Origin: Eukaryota sp. TZLM1-RC
Lineage: Eukaryota > Protista > Metamonada: BaSk clade
Assembly: GCA_040285825.1 (NCBI GenBank)
Contig: JAUPSS010000006.1
Coordinates: 558,001-622,000, forward strand
DNA: 64,000 nt
Direction of reading: 5' to 3'
The notes under the pieces are model-generated. The model was not told where the DNA came from and searched no databases. It saw nothing but the letters and a program-made list of their open reading frames with translations. Each line of letters opens with the position of its first letter. The stretch's first letter is position 1. Shown here in pieces: positions 14,151 through 25,159 of the stretch. A program made the position numbers and the translations under genes.

Positions 14151-15931
14151 ATGATTTACAAAATTTTGGAATGAGTACTGTCTGAAATAACAGTTTTTGC
14201 TGATTGTTTCAAACCTTTTTCATTGTCTTCGTTCAAGATTTCATCATCAGAAATGTTAATGAAATTTTCAATTTGATCATCGGTTGTCGGAAAATTGTTA
14301 CGATTAGTTTGAAGAAATAGATTTTTGACTTGACGTAACCTCCAACGAAAAACAGACTTACCACGTTTCATCTCTTTTTGAAGGATGAAATATTCCACTT
14401 TTATATTCCATTTTTTTAATTCAGAAGTAAATCTTCGCATTTCTATTGAGAAGGGAATTGCAGTTGCGAGGCTAATTTCTATTGGAATCTGAATCGGAGG
14501 TCTAACAGTCTCAAAAGCTCTACAATTAGTGCAAAACAAAAGTTTTCGACCATTTCTTGAATCTGTAACAACTTTTCTGCAGAATGGACAACAAAGATTA
14601 TTATTTTCAGAAGGGGAAGGAAAGTGAGCACTGGGAGAATTTGAAGATCAGCGGAATTACTATTTTCGGCACAATTCAAATAGACATCGACTGGAACAGA
14701 ACATTGGAAAATTTTTTGAGCAGAATTTAATTCCATTTCTGTTTTTTGTTTTTCAGGGCGTGTTCTCGAATCATGACCACTGATACCGCAAATCGAACAT
14801 TTTTTAGAACGTTTCAAACACTGATCTGGAAACGATTTATTGGCAAAATGATTTTCACAAGAAGATGCATTAGTTTCAATTTTTTGTTTTGCAGACCTGG
14901 CATTGTTTGCAAAACGCACAACTGAACGTAAAGAACGAACAGGAAGCTTTTTGTAGTTAAATTCGATTTTGGGACCTTTAAATTTTTGAAATATTTCCAG
15001 CATGAGGTAAGGAGTGTCAAGAATGACTAGGTTGCAAAGATGGCGAAATTGAAGAAGGAAGAAGTGAAGAAGGAGAAGAATATTTGTTGACATTATCATT
15101 AACACTTCGTTCAGTGTATATTGCTTACCAATTGGTGTCGCCATCACTGTCAGGACACATTGTCAGGACCATGAAAGTCTTACCAATAGACTAGCAAGTA
15201 AACAAGACAGAAATTTAGGGTGATGAAAGAGGGAGAAAAAAAGTGAAAGAGACATAATTGAAGAAGAGTATAGAGAAGAAAAAGAATGTAAAGACGCAAT
15301 AAATGCAGTGATAGATTGTTTCAATCGAACTGATTCAACAACTTGGCCAATAGTCAATTAATATTATATAAACTTTATGATTATTTAATTCTAATGATGT
15401 GTTTATAATGGTACTATATTTAATTGGAATTAACATTTCAACATATTTATTTGAGAATAGATATGAGGAATTATTATAATTTAATGTGTGACTAATTCGT
15501 GAATTATATGCAATTACCATTAAGTATTCATTTCTATAATTTTTCAAATCTATGACTTTGCTCGAAATTCTTTTTTTCTATTATTTTATAGTTTTGAATA
15601 TTTGAAAAAAAGTCTACTTGCATTAAATTTAAACCTAGAAGATGGATCAACATCACGACCATTAAATGTAAAAGATATAATTTAAGTCAAAATTTAATAC
15701 TAAATCTGTTCTGTTATTACCTTTGCTTAATCTGGCGAATTTAATAGGATATGCTAAATTTGATTCTAACAATATTTTTATAGTTAAGTTACCCCTTGAT
15801 TTGGAATTGATCTCAATTATATTAATATCATTGTTTGTTGAATATGATATTCCATCTGAATTCTCATTGAATGTAAAGGGAAATAGTCTACCAAATAGTC
15901 GAGTGATCATTTTAAAAAAATAATTAAGTTA

Positions 15932-17007
15932 TTATAGTTCATCAGGATATTTTTTTATAACCGCATTTCTTGATACTAAATATCCATCCTCAACAATTGG
16001 TCGTAAATGTTCAACTAATATAGTTATTCCAATAATTAATGAGGGATCATTAAAATACTCAAACATTCTTTCATCATTCAATTTACTAACTTTTTGATCA
16101 TATCTCTCATATTCAATAATTAGTGAAGTTACCCTACTAACTTCACCATATTTTTTGAAGTTAGTACTTCACCATCAACGTCTTTAACCACAAAGTATCC
16201 TTGATATCTTTTCTTAAGTTTAAGGTTGTATCTAGATTTTGAAGCCTTATATGTAGCATTCTTTCTAATGATTAATCCTTCATAACCTTTAGAATCTTAC
16301 TCTGTCAATATATCCATAATATTTGACTCAACTGTAAAGTATTCAACTAATTCAATTTTAGTTGATTGAATTGGATTTGATTTAATTAATTCATTCAATT
16401 GATTTAGTCTACTTTTAAATAATAGAGCTGAAGTTTTTCTAACATAATCATTATATGGAATGTAATCAAACATAAAATATTGTATTTATTGAAAATCTTC
16501 AATAGTTACATTCTTTAATTTAACTAGTCTAGATACTTTTATGAATTATCTCAAGATTAGTTTCAGGATCAATCCAAGTTAATTCTCCATAAATTACGAA
16601 ATTATATCTAATCTTCTTAAACATATTATCAAATGCATCATGAATTTCAGGTAGTTGCAAAATATTTCCACCAAGAGTAGTGAATGTTGGTTGTTGATCT
16701 ATCCAAACCATTAGTAATAAATTTCCATCATATTTTCTGCTTGCCATATCAACTCCATATTCAAAATGATCTTTTTTTTGGATCAAAATCAACACCTAGT
16801 TGTACACCATGATACTTTTCAATAGTAAAATCATCCGGAAATACTTTCTTCAATTTCTTCAAACCGACACTAACATCTAATTGACGACTAATAATATCAA
16901 ACAACATAGGTTTACTAAGTTTTTGATCAAGTGCAAATTTATTAATTGATCCATATGCAATATTCCCACTTATTGTTCTATTGTGGAGTGCCACTAAGAA
17001 TTCATAA
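15932..17007 (-). pseudogene. ATP-dependent DNA ligase, T4 gp30-like (unit 6)
   Basis: Same motifs; carries both the 26 bp insertion and the unit-2-type extra TAA. Confidence 0.87.
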
Positions 17008-18510
17008 AATGATTTACAAAATTTTGGAATGAGTACTGTCTGAAATAACAGTTTTTGCTGATTGTTTCAAACCTTTTTCATTGTCTTCGTTCAAGATTTC
17101 ATCATCAGAAATGTTAATGAAATTTTCAATTTGATCATCGGTTGTCGGAAAATTGTTACGATTAGTTTGAAGAAATAGATTTTTGACTTGACGTAACCTC
17201 CAACGAAAAACAGACTTACCACGTTTCATCTCTTTTTGAAGGATGAAATATTCCACTTTTATATTCCATTTTTTAATTCAGAAGTAAATCTTCGCATTTC
17301 TATTGAAAAGGGAATTGCACTTGCGAGGCTAATTTCTATTGGAATCTGAATCGGAGGTCTAACAGTCTCAAAAGCTCTACAATTAGTGCAAAACAAAAGT
17401 TTTCGACCATTTCTTGAATCTGTAACAACTTTTCTGCAGAATGGACAACAAAGATTATTATTTTCAGAAGGGGAAGGAAAGTGAGCACTGGGAGAATTTG
17501 AAGATCAGCGGAATTACTATTTTCGGCACAATTCAAATAGACATCGACTGGAACAGAACATTGGAGAATTTTTTGAGCAGAATTTAATTCAATTTCTGTT
17601 TTTTGTATTTCAGGGCGTGTTCTCGAATCATGACCACTGATACCGCAAATCGAACATTTTTTAGAACGTTTCAAACACTGATCTGGAAACGATTTATTGG
17701 CAAAATGATTTTCACAAGAAGATGCATTAGTTTCCATTTTTTGTTTTGCAGACCTGGCATTGTTTGCAAAACGCACAACTGAACGTAAAAAACGAACAGG
17801 AGGCTTTTTGTAGTTAAATTCGATTTTGGGACCTTTAAATTTTTTGAAATATTTCCAGCATGAGGTAAGGAGTGTCAAGAATGACTAGGTTGCAAAGATG
17901 GCGAAATTGAAGAAGGAAGAAGTGAAGAAGGAGAAGAATATTTGTTGACATTATCATTAACACTTCGTTCAGTGTATATTGCCTACCAATTGGTGTCGCC
18001 ATAACTGTCAGGACACATTGTCAGGACCATGAAAGTCTTACCAATAGACTAGCAAGTAAACAAGACAGAAATTTAGGGTGATGAAAGAGGGAGAAAAAAA
18101 GTGAAAGAGACATAATTGAAGAAGAGTATAGAGATGAAAAAGAATGTAAAGACGCAATAAATGCAGTGATAGATTGTTTCAATCGAACTGATTCAACAAC
18201 TTGGCCAATAGTCAATTAATATTATATAAACTTTATGATTATTTAATTCTAATGATGTGTTTATAATGGTACTATATTTAATTGGAATTAACATTTCAAC
18301 ATATTTATTTGAGAATAGATATGAGGAATTATTATAATTTAATGTGTGACTAATTCGTGAATTATATGCAATTACCATTAAGTATTCATTTCTATAATTT
18401 TTCAAATCTATGACTTTGCTCGAAATTCTTTTTCTATTATTTTATAGTTTTGAATATTTGAAAAAAAGTCTACTTGCATTAAATTTAAACCTAGAAGATG
18501 GATCAACATC

Positions 18511-18666
18511 ACGTAAACATTATACTTAGGGTTGAATATGATTATTAATATATGTTTAATAGATTTATATGATCCAAGGATTTGTTCTTTTTACCTCATG
18601 ATTATTAGTTGATTTTAATTCATTGATACAAATAAGTAACATTTCAAGTTCGGGATCCTTTGTCAT
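18511..18666 (-). pseudogene. N-terminus of the T4-like DNA ligase (~52 codons), cut off at the array boundary
   Basis: With one A-run frameshift it reads MTKDPELEMLLICINELKSTNNHEVKEQILGSYKSIKHILIIIFNPKYNVYV. This aligns by eye to the T4 ligase start (ILNEIASIGSTKQKQAIL...) and is the part absent from the repeat units. Confidence 0.65.
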
Positions 18667-18711
18667 TTGTTATAACTTTAAATCATTTTTTTCTTAAAAA
18701 ATCATATTAAA

Positions 18712-19350
18712 TTAATCTAAACCTAAAATAGAATCAAGATTATAAGTATCATCAACAAACTTGTATTTGGAAATTCCAGTTCCAACTAAAGGTTTTGTTC
18801 CTAATAAAATTGAACTATTAGGATCTTTTGATTCATACTTAACATCCTCTAAATAGGCTCTATCAATTGCATTCTTTTGTTCCTCGAATGATAGATTATT
18901 AATAGGAGGTTTGTTTTTCCTGTATGTGGATCTAGAAAGAAGATCAAGTTCTCCATGTCTAGTACAGAAATCAACAATCATTCTATAAATGTAGGATTGT
19001 ACATTAGTCATCTCCTCATTCAATTGATTTGTTGATAATAATTCATTTGTAATAATTTCTTTTACATATTGAATTCCATACATGTTTTGTAATAATCTAA
19101 GATCATCAAAATAAACTGTTGATTGATCAACCATTGAATCATCAACTAATTCACGTAATGCATTATGGAACTCAACAGTAGTTTCTCTCTTAACATTAAA
19201 TAAGACTTTCACTTTAGCAACTCCTAAACGATCATATTTTTCAATAAAACCATTAAAGAATAGATTGCTACCACTTAATTTAACCTTTCTTAAGTAGTTG
19301 ATTGTCTCATAAATAACAGTATCAAGATTGTCATATGGTGGATTGTCAGA
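18712..19350 (-). pseudogene. C-terminal part of a divergent DNA-directed RNA polymerase largest subunit (Rpb1/beta-prime family), virus-like
   Basis: VYFDDLRLLQNMYGIQYVKEIITNEL..RMIVDFCTRHGEL..LSR..NNLSFEEQ..NSSILLGTKPLVGTG matches the Rpb1 pattern GIEAAR..El..rHl.llaD.Mt..G..SFEE..nii.G..p.GTG. No CTD. Junction position is approximate. Confidence 0.85.
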
Positions 19351-19695
19351 AGGAGAAAGTTCTTTCCAGACTATTCTGGCGATACCTTTCTCGAAAGCAT
19401 CGGTGAAGACTAGTATTGAGGAATTATCGTCAGGGAGCTCTAGGGGTACACTATTAGTTATCATTTTCTTAATGTTTTGGAAGCATTCGATCTGTTGCTG
19501 GCTCAAGGAGATTTTGCGAGGTGTTCCCTTTATCAGTTCAGTCAGCGGAGCAAGTTCAGTACTAACGGTGGGTAACCAATCTCGGACAAAGTTGGTAGCA
19601 CCTACGAAGGAACGGACTTCTAAGACAGTAGTTGATACCTGAATCTTGTTAAGTTTCTCAATTCTGGAAGGACAAATTCTTCGAGTACCTTTTTT
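19351..19695 (-). mobile_element. Ty3/gypsy pol fragment (RT thumb to RNase H start)
   Basis: EVRSFVGATNFVRDWLPTVSTELAPLTELIKG...FQNIKKMIT..LELPD..ILVFTDAFEKGI. Confidence 0.85.
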
Positions 19696-19720
19696 TCAAC
19701 TAAAAACAGGGACGGTTAGA

Positions 19721-20340
19721 TCATTGATTCCTTTGTGACCGGAATAATCTGCGGTTAATAAACCTCAACATAGCCTCAACATAGCGGGAGATGGATTCTC
19801 GACTGATATGTTCTAAATACAGGGCTACTAAAGCTACGCTGGCGGAGGCAAAGATGGGAGTGGATTCTCTCGGGTCCACAGTAATTACTGTTGGCTTCAG
19901 TGCACTAGTGTTCATAAACAATAAAACATGAAGTTTATGAACCGGAATAAGAAGATCAAATATTCGATCCAAAATTTATTCAACCAAAACAAGACAAAAC
20001 TATTGATCCTCATTCTCATCCTCTGGGTAATCTTGCTCTTTACGATAATGAGAATCATCCTGGAGCCAACGGAGACGGTCTTTGAGCTTACCAGGGTTGC
20101 GATCAGCACGAAAAGCACGCCGCATGTGTCCAGTTTCTAGAATTCGTTTCGCGGCAAGGATTTGGATCTGTGTTTTTCCACAGAATCCACAGGTTTTTAC
20201 TTTCTTGAGGTGGGGTCCAGTGAACTCTCTTAGTAGACACGGGTACACTGGTTTCATCGCTCACCAGCTGAATAGCAGTCTTTTGAGTTTTAGTTGGTTC
20301 AACACTGCTACCAGTTCTTCTTGCTCTAACATCCACCATA
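19721..20340 (-). mobile_element. Degenerate gag-like fragment of an LTR retrotransposon
   Basis: CGFCGK zinc-knuckle start, higher GC, same strand as and upstream of the pol fragment. Confidence 0.4.
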
Positions 20341-21271
20341 TCAGCAACAATGGTAAGTACTGCTGGGACACCAAAATGACTGATTAAACTACCTAGAGTT
20401 TTTCTCAGTAGTGTGTCCCTAGGAGGTGGTGGTGAATGGACCAGAACTTCTTCAGAACTAGAGTCAGGGGATTCAGATTGGATCTGTGGTTAGCACAATA
20501 GGAATACATACAGAATTATCATCAGTACTCGACCCGTGGGCGTTATGTGGAGTTTGTACAGTGGGTGGATTAGATTCTTGTACAACACTCTCTGTCTCTG
20601 ATTGAGCACTATCTGTCTTCTATGGTTAATCCATTATATAAACATACTTGAATATTGTCACTCATGATACTAGAATTATACACCTTGTTTTGTATTTGTT
20701 GTTATTCAATTACTACTTGTCTTGCATTTTTAAATAAATATTGTTGATCAATTTAATTTATAAATTCTATTCAGTTGTTTGAACAACATATGTGGACTAC
20801 CATGATTCTCAAGACGTTTTGAGTTTATATTGATGCATGTTTTAGTTTGGTTTGGTTGCAAATATCGATGCTGAAGTTGGGAAGAACTTTCTAGCAGATG
20901 ATTTTCATTTTCGCTTCACCTCTTCAACTCCTTTCTCCTTTGGTATTGATCCTTCTGGGATTTTACTTGCTTATCCCTTCCTCTTGTCTACACAGACTGC
21001 TAGACGCTCCGTTCTTCTGCCGTCAACATCATTTCGATATTGCTTTTGGTCTTGATCTCTCTTCTGGATTCTGTTTTTGTTGTCATTGCTAACAATTATC
21101 TCTTTCTCTCTTGATGCTCGTTTCCTTTCGGGTCAATGCTCATCATGTTGTCTCCCTGTCCCGTCTGTTGATCGCTCTTTGTTTCATTCAACATCATTGA
21201 ACCTCAAAACTTGCTTTACAACTTAATTCTTCATTACTGAGACTTGAAAATCGGACTCTTGTTTTTTTTGG

Positions 21272-22590
21272 AATAGGTGGGACTCGAACCTGGGACCTTG
21301 GTGTTTTTCATTTATTCATCCTCATAATTCAACCATCAGCCGACATGTCGGAATTTTTTTTTCTATACCGTGCTTGTAAAAACTTTGGGCCCGAATACTT
21401 CTGGAATTTTGCCATTTTGTCCCAAATTTTTTTTCTTCAAGGTTTAATTGGCCAAAGTTTTGGATTTCACCAATGTTAAATTTTAGGTCCAATTCTAAAT
21501 TTTTTTAGGTTGATTCTAATTCTAAAGTTATCAATGAATTTGCTATTGATGAACCTCTTCATTTGATCTTGGATTTGTTTATTATCACTTACCATTACTG
21601 ACTATGATATTGTAGGGGGCTTGCAACACCATCCATCATGACCCACTTTGTCTGCTCAACCCTTAACTTGACCCTTCAATTGTTTTTGTTCTTTCGAATA
21701 TTTTTTCGGCTTAATAGGTTTACGTTCTTTTTTTTTCGTTCAGCCTAGTCTGAATTTGTGTTGACTTTTTTAAAACAATTGATTTTTGAATTATAGAATC
21801 TCTACTTTGTTTGTTTACTACTAGTTTATCGGAACTGACCATGAATGTTGTCACATTTTGCCTTAACCGAGGTTAGGTTGTTGTTGGTTGTCAATTTCAA
21901 TCTACTGTTACTGAATCTACTTTTGATTTAGAAACTGTTCATGTTCGTAGTTCAACTGCTATTAATGGTTACTTTGAATTTTAGTTTTAGTTTCTATGAT
22001 GTTTACTTATTTTTCTGTTTCTCACTCTGGAGTTTTTTAATCTCTTTTTATTAGTGTTAATTTCCTGTGGTTTTTGGTGTGCTCTACTACCTCTTAGACT
22101 GGAAAGACTTTGTTAATTTTTTTCTTCTTCTTATTCAAATGTATTTTGCTTTTATTGAATAATAATTGTCATTTCATTTGTTGTTGTATTTGATTATTAT
22201 CAATTACCATTACTGATTTTAATATTGTTTACCATGAATCTTTTTTGCTTCATCTATGTTGCCATTTAATTAATTTTAAATTGTTCAGTTACGTTTGTTG
22301 AATTTCTCTGTTCAATTTTATTTTCTGATTTACAAGATCACCTATGCAACATTTATTTTTTGGATTTCATTGTTACTCATTTTATTTTTAAATTGATTCG
22401 TGTTTATCAGATTCTCTACCAAATATTGAGAGTAATTCTCTTTATTTTGAGTCTCTAATCATAAATACATAAACGACTAAGTAATCATCAATCATTCAGT
22501 TTTTAACTGTTTGAGGCTGATTACGGTCAAGAAAGATCTGATTACGTGTGTCTGTATAGTCTACATGTTTTAGGATCTTTGTAGGTTTAA
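21272..22590 (-). repeat. Dispersed repeat copy A (conserved ~180 bp head at 22410-22590; tRNA-like B-box end at 21272-21310)
   Basis: 22410-22590 is the reverse complement of ~36180-36362. Both copies end about 1 kb away in AAACACCAAGGT..GGTTCGAGTCC. Confidence 0.7.
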
Positions 22591-22683
22591 TACTTACAAC
22601 CATTTTATTAATGAATTATTTAGAAGGTATTATTTGAAGGTATTTTTGCATTTATTTCCCTAGGCTTCAGAGCAGTTCCATAT

Positions 22684-23660
22684 TCACCACCTGGAAACAA
22701 GTTTGTCAAATGACCCAAAGTCTATGGGTATTGCAGCTTCGTAGTCTTCATCATATATGGTGGGTTGGTCTTGTGGTTCAGAGCCCCTACTACTCAAATG
22801 GTCCATGAAGAATTCATCAAATAATTTCCAATTATCCTTATATTTTGGATCTTTTCTGATATTATATTTACCAGCTGCAATGGGAGTTGTTGATCTGCAC
22901 TTTCTATCGATCATTTTTTTAATGAGAAAACATCAGGCTGAATCAAATTAATGAATTTCAACTTTGGGAAATTTCGAGTAGTAATATTGGTAGGGACATT
23001 ATAATAAATGAATTCTTTCAACTTAAGTAATTGAATGCGAATATTCACATTTTGTGACAAGGCCAACAACTCATATCTTTCAATAGATTGAGATAAAGCC
23101 ATTTGGCCATTTGAGATTTTCAATCCTAAAGTGGATTCATGTATAACCAACTCCTTTAATGATGTCAAATTACTTAAATCTGTGACATCACCGCAACTGA
23201 TAATGAGCTTGACCAGTGAAGGAGGTAATTTTTACACATTACAATTGAAATTAACATGTAGATATTTCAAATTGGATAAATGTGTCAAATTCACACGATT
23301 TAAATCCAAAGTGAATGACCCTCCAAGCATTACTTCCACATTTGGACAAAAAGACAACAATTGAGGTTGATATTTCACTTTGAACAAGTCAATGTCAATT
23401 ATCTTCATATTGTTGTTGATAATTGTCAGGTTTCTTACTGGATTTTCAAATATGACATCCAAGTCATGAATATTTTGATGCAGAATGAAATCCGAAGGAT
23501 CCTTCACGCATTTTTTGAAACAAATAGGATGAATATGGAAGACTTCTAAACCTCTTGCTAATGCAATTTCGTTCAGTGAAGAGCGACAATTCTCTAGACG
23601 GATAGTGGTTCCAGGTCTTGTATATGTTGGTTAAAAGGCACCAATAAATAAGCTTCATAA
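22684..23660 (-). pseudogene. Lineage-specific LRR-like family member, frameshifted
   Basis: LKELVI..NIRIQL.KLKEFI...NITTRNFPKLKFI is shared with 42437-42799 and 43850-44249. Confidence 0.5.
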
Positions 23661-23867
23661 AGAAGAAGTAAGGTATAAGGGTGAAGATTTGTGAGAAGAT
23701 TTAAGACGAGGTTGTTTTAATGGAGGAGACTCAATGTTGAGGAAACAAGTAGCAACATTGGGACGACGGCAGTTCTTATAAATATTGTTCAATGGTAAGA
23801 TTCAATGAAACTTAAACTCAACAATTCAAACAAAAATTCATTTATCTTTGTCAACAAATCTCAATCA

Positions 23868-23950
23868 ATGGCTGGTAAAGGAGGAAAAGGATACATCGTA
23901 AAGAGAAAAGGGCTCACTGGCAGACGTTCTAGAGCAAGAACCAGATTGTT
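23868..23950 (+). pseudogene. Histone N-tail-like fragment (H2A/H2A.Z-like)
   Basis: MAGKGGKG..K.K...RSRAR resembles an H2A-family tail; no histone fold follows. Confidence 0.25.
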
Positions 23951-24299
23951 GATTTTATCAATAACTCAAATAATTGATATATACATATGTGCCATGTGTC
24001 ATATGCCATATGTCATGTCTATAAGAATAAAGACATTTATCATTTGCTTGACAATGCAAGAGCTGTAGGAAGAAAAAAAATGGACGGTATTGCAAGGTAA
24101 TGAAATGAAATCTGCAAAACCCAGAACCGAGACGGGTCATGTGTCCTTATATAAATACGAGGGGAGAACGCACTGATGCTTTGGATGTGAAGGACGTTAA
24201 GGATGGGAAAAGGAGTTGAGTTAATACCTAAGGTAATATATACCCTATCACGTCTGTTGCGGCGTTGTTGCGATTGATTTTGATCTACTTCTTCATTTG

Positions 24300-24640
24300 T
24301 ACTAGTATCAGAATAAAAGTTAGTAAATGGTGATTCCAAAGCTGCATTGGCTATTTCAATGGCAGCTTCAACATCCTTAACCTCAACAACCCCACTGCAC
24401 ATCACCTTTGTATGGAGCGGAACGGATCGAAATATTGTTTCCAAGGATCTTGGAGTTATTGGTACATTGAATGGGTGAGACTCTTCATTCCTAGACCCTC
24501 GAATTTAGATCTTAATTCACAGTAAAAATCAATTGCATGTTTAGCAGCTTCAGGGTCTAGGTGAGGGTTGAAACAAGATTTAACATAAGAAAGATACTTT
24601 TTCAAGAAATCGTGGCTCACAATTGTATTTTCGTAAAGAT
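24300..24640 (-). pseudogene. MCM helicase (MCM3-like) AAA-lid fragment
   Basis: FLKKYLSYVKSCFNPHLDPEAAKHAIDFYCELRS, then after a frameshift VPITPRSLETIFR..HTKV..VEVKDVEAAIEI. This is the MCM lid pattern (T.R.LE.liRl..AhAK..V..D..A). Confidence 0.8.
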
Positions 24641-25159
24641 CTATTGTACTTTTAGAATATTATATTGAGCTATTGCATCCCTTACATATTCATCAAGTTC
24701 GGGAAATGCTGTCGGTTCAAAGGGTCGACCCCATACTGGTCCATTTGGTTGACCCCATCTATAAGTACTTGTGTTTGAAAATCTCCGACCCAACGGCCGA
24801 CATAATCTGAGATTTGTGGTGTCAGAAGGCGTGACCATAGTGTTATTTGTAGGGAGAAGGTTCGTAGTAGAGTAAGTGATAAAATGGTGTAAGTGATGAA
24901 ATGAAATTCAATTACGTATCTGGGGAATGATGACAACCCAACCAAACTCCACTCACCAACTTTTGTAACATGTAGTTCTTGTCTGAAGAAAGGAAAATAT
25001 TCAGAAAGTAATCTTGAACGATATGTATCATTAATAAACACTTGTAACTAACTTTACTTTGAATTGACAACTATAAGATTGATTGACTTCAACAAATTTT
25101 CAATTTTAGGAAACAAATTTTCAATCATTTCTGACTGTTTCCGTTCTGTGTTGACTGCC

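Larger units (their letters stand above)
1..18513. repeat. Tandem array of a ~2857 bp chimeric unit (~6.5 copies, open at the left window edge)
   Basis: The same ORFs recur at 218/3075/5906/8763/14479/17336 (periods 2857, 2831, 2857, 2x~2858, 2857). Copies are near-identical. Similarity stops after ...GATCAACATCACG at 18513. Confidence 0.98.

Noticed and set aside
1-18513. Tandem array as a CRISPR array or rDNA repeat
   Set aside because: No short repeat-spacer structure and no rRNA signatures; the units are 2.86 kb of coding debris.
21272-21345. tRNA gene
   Set aside because: Only a T-arm/B-box is present; I could not build an acceptor stem or anticodon arm. The same applies at 37167-37195.
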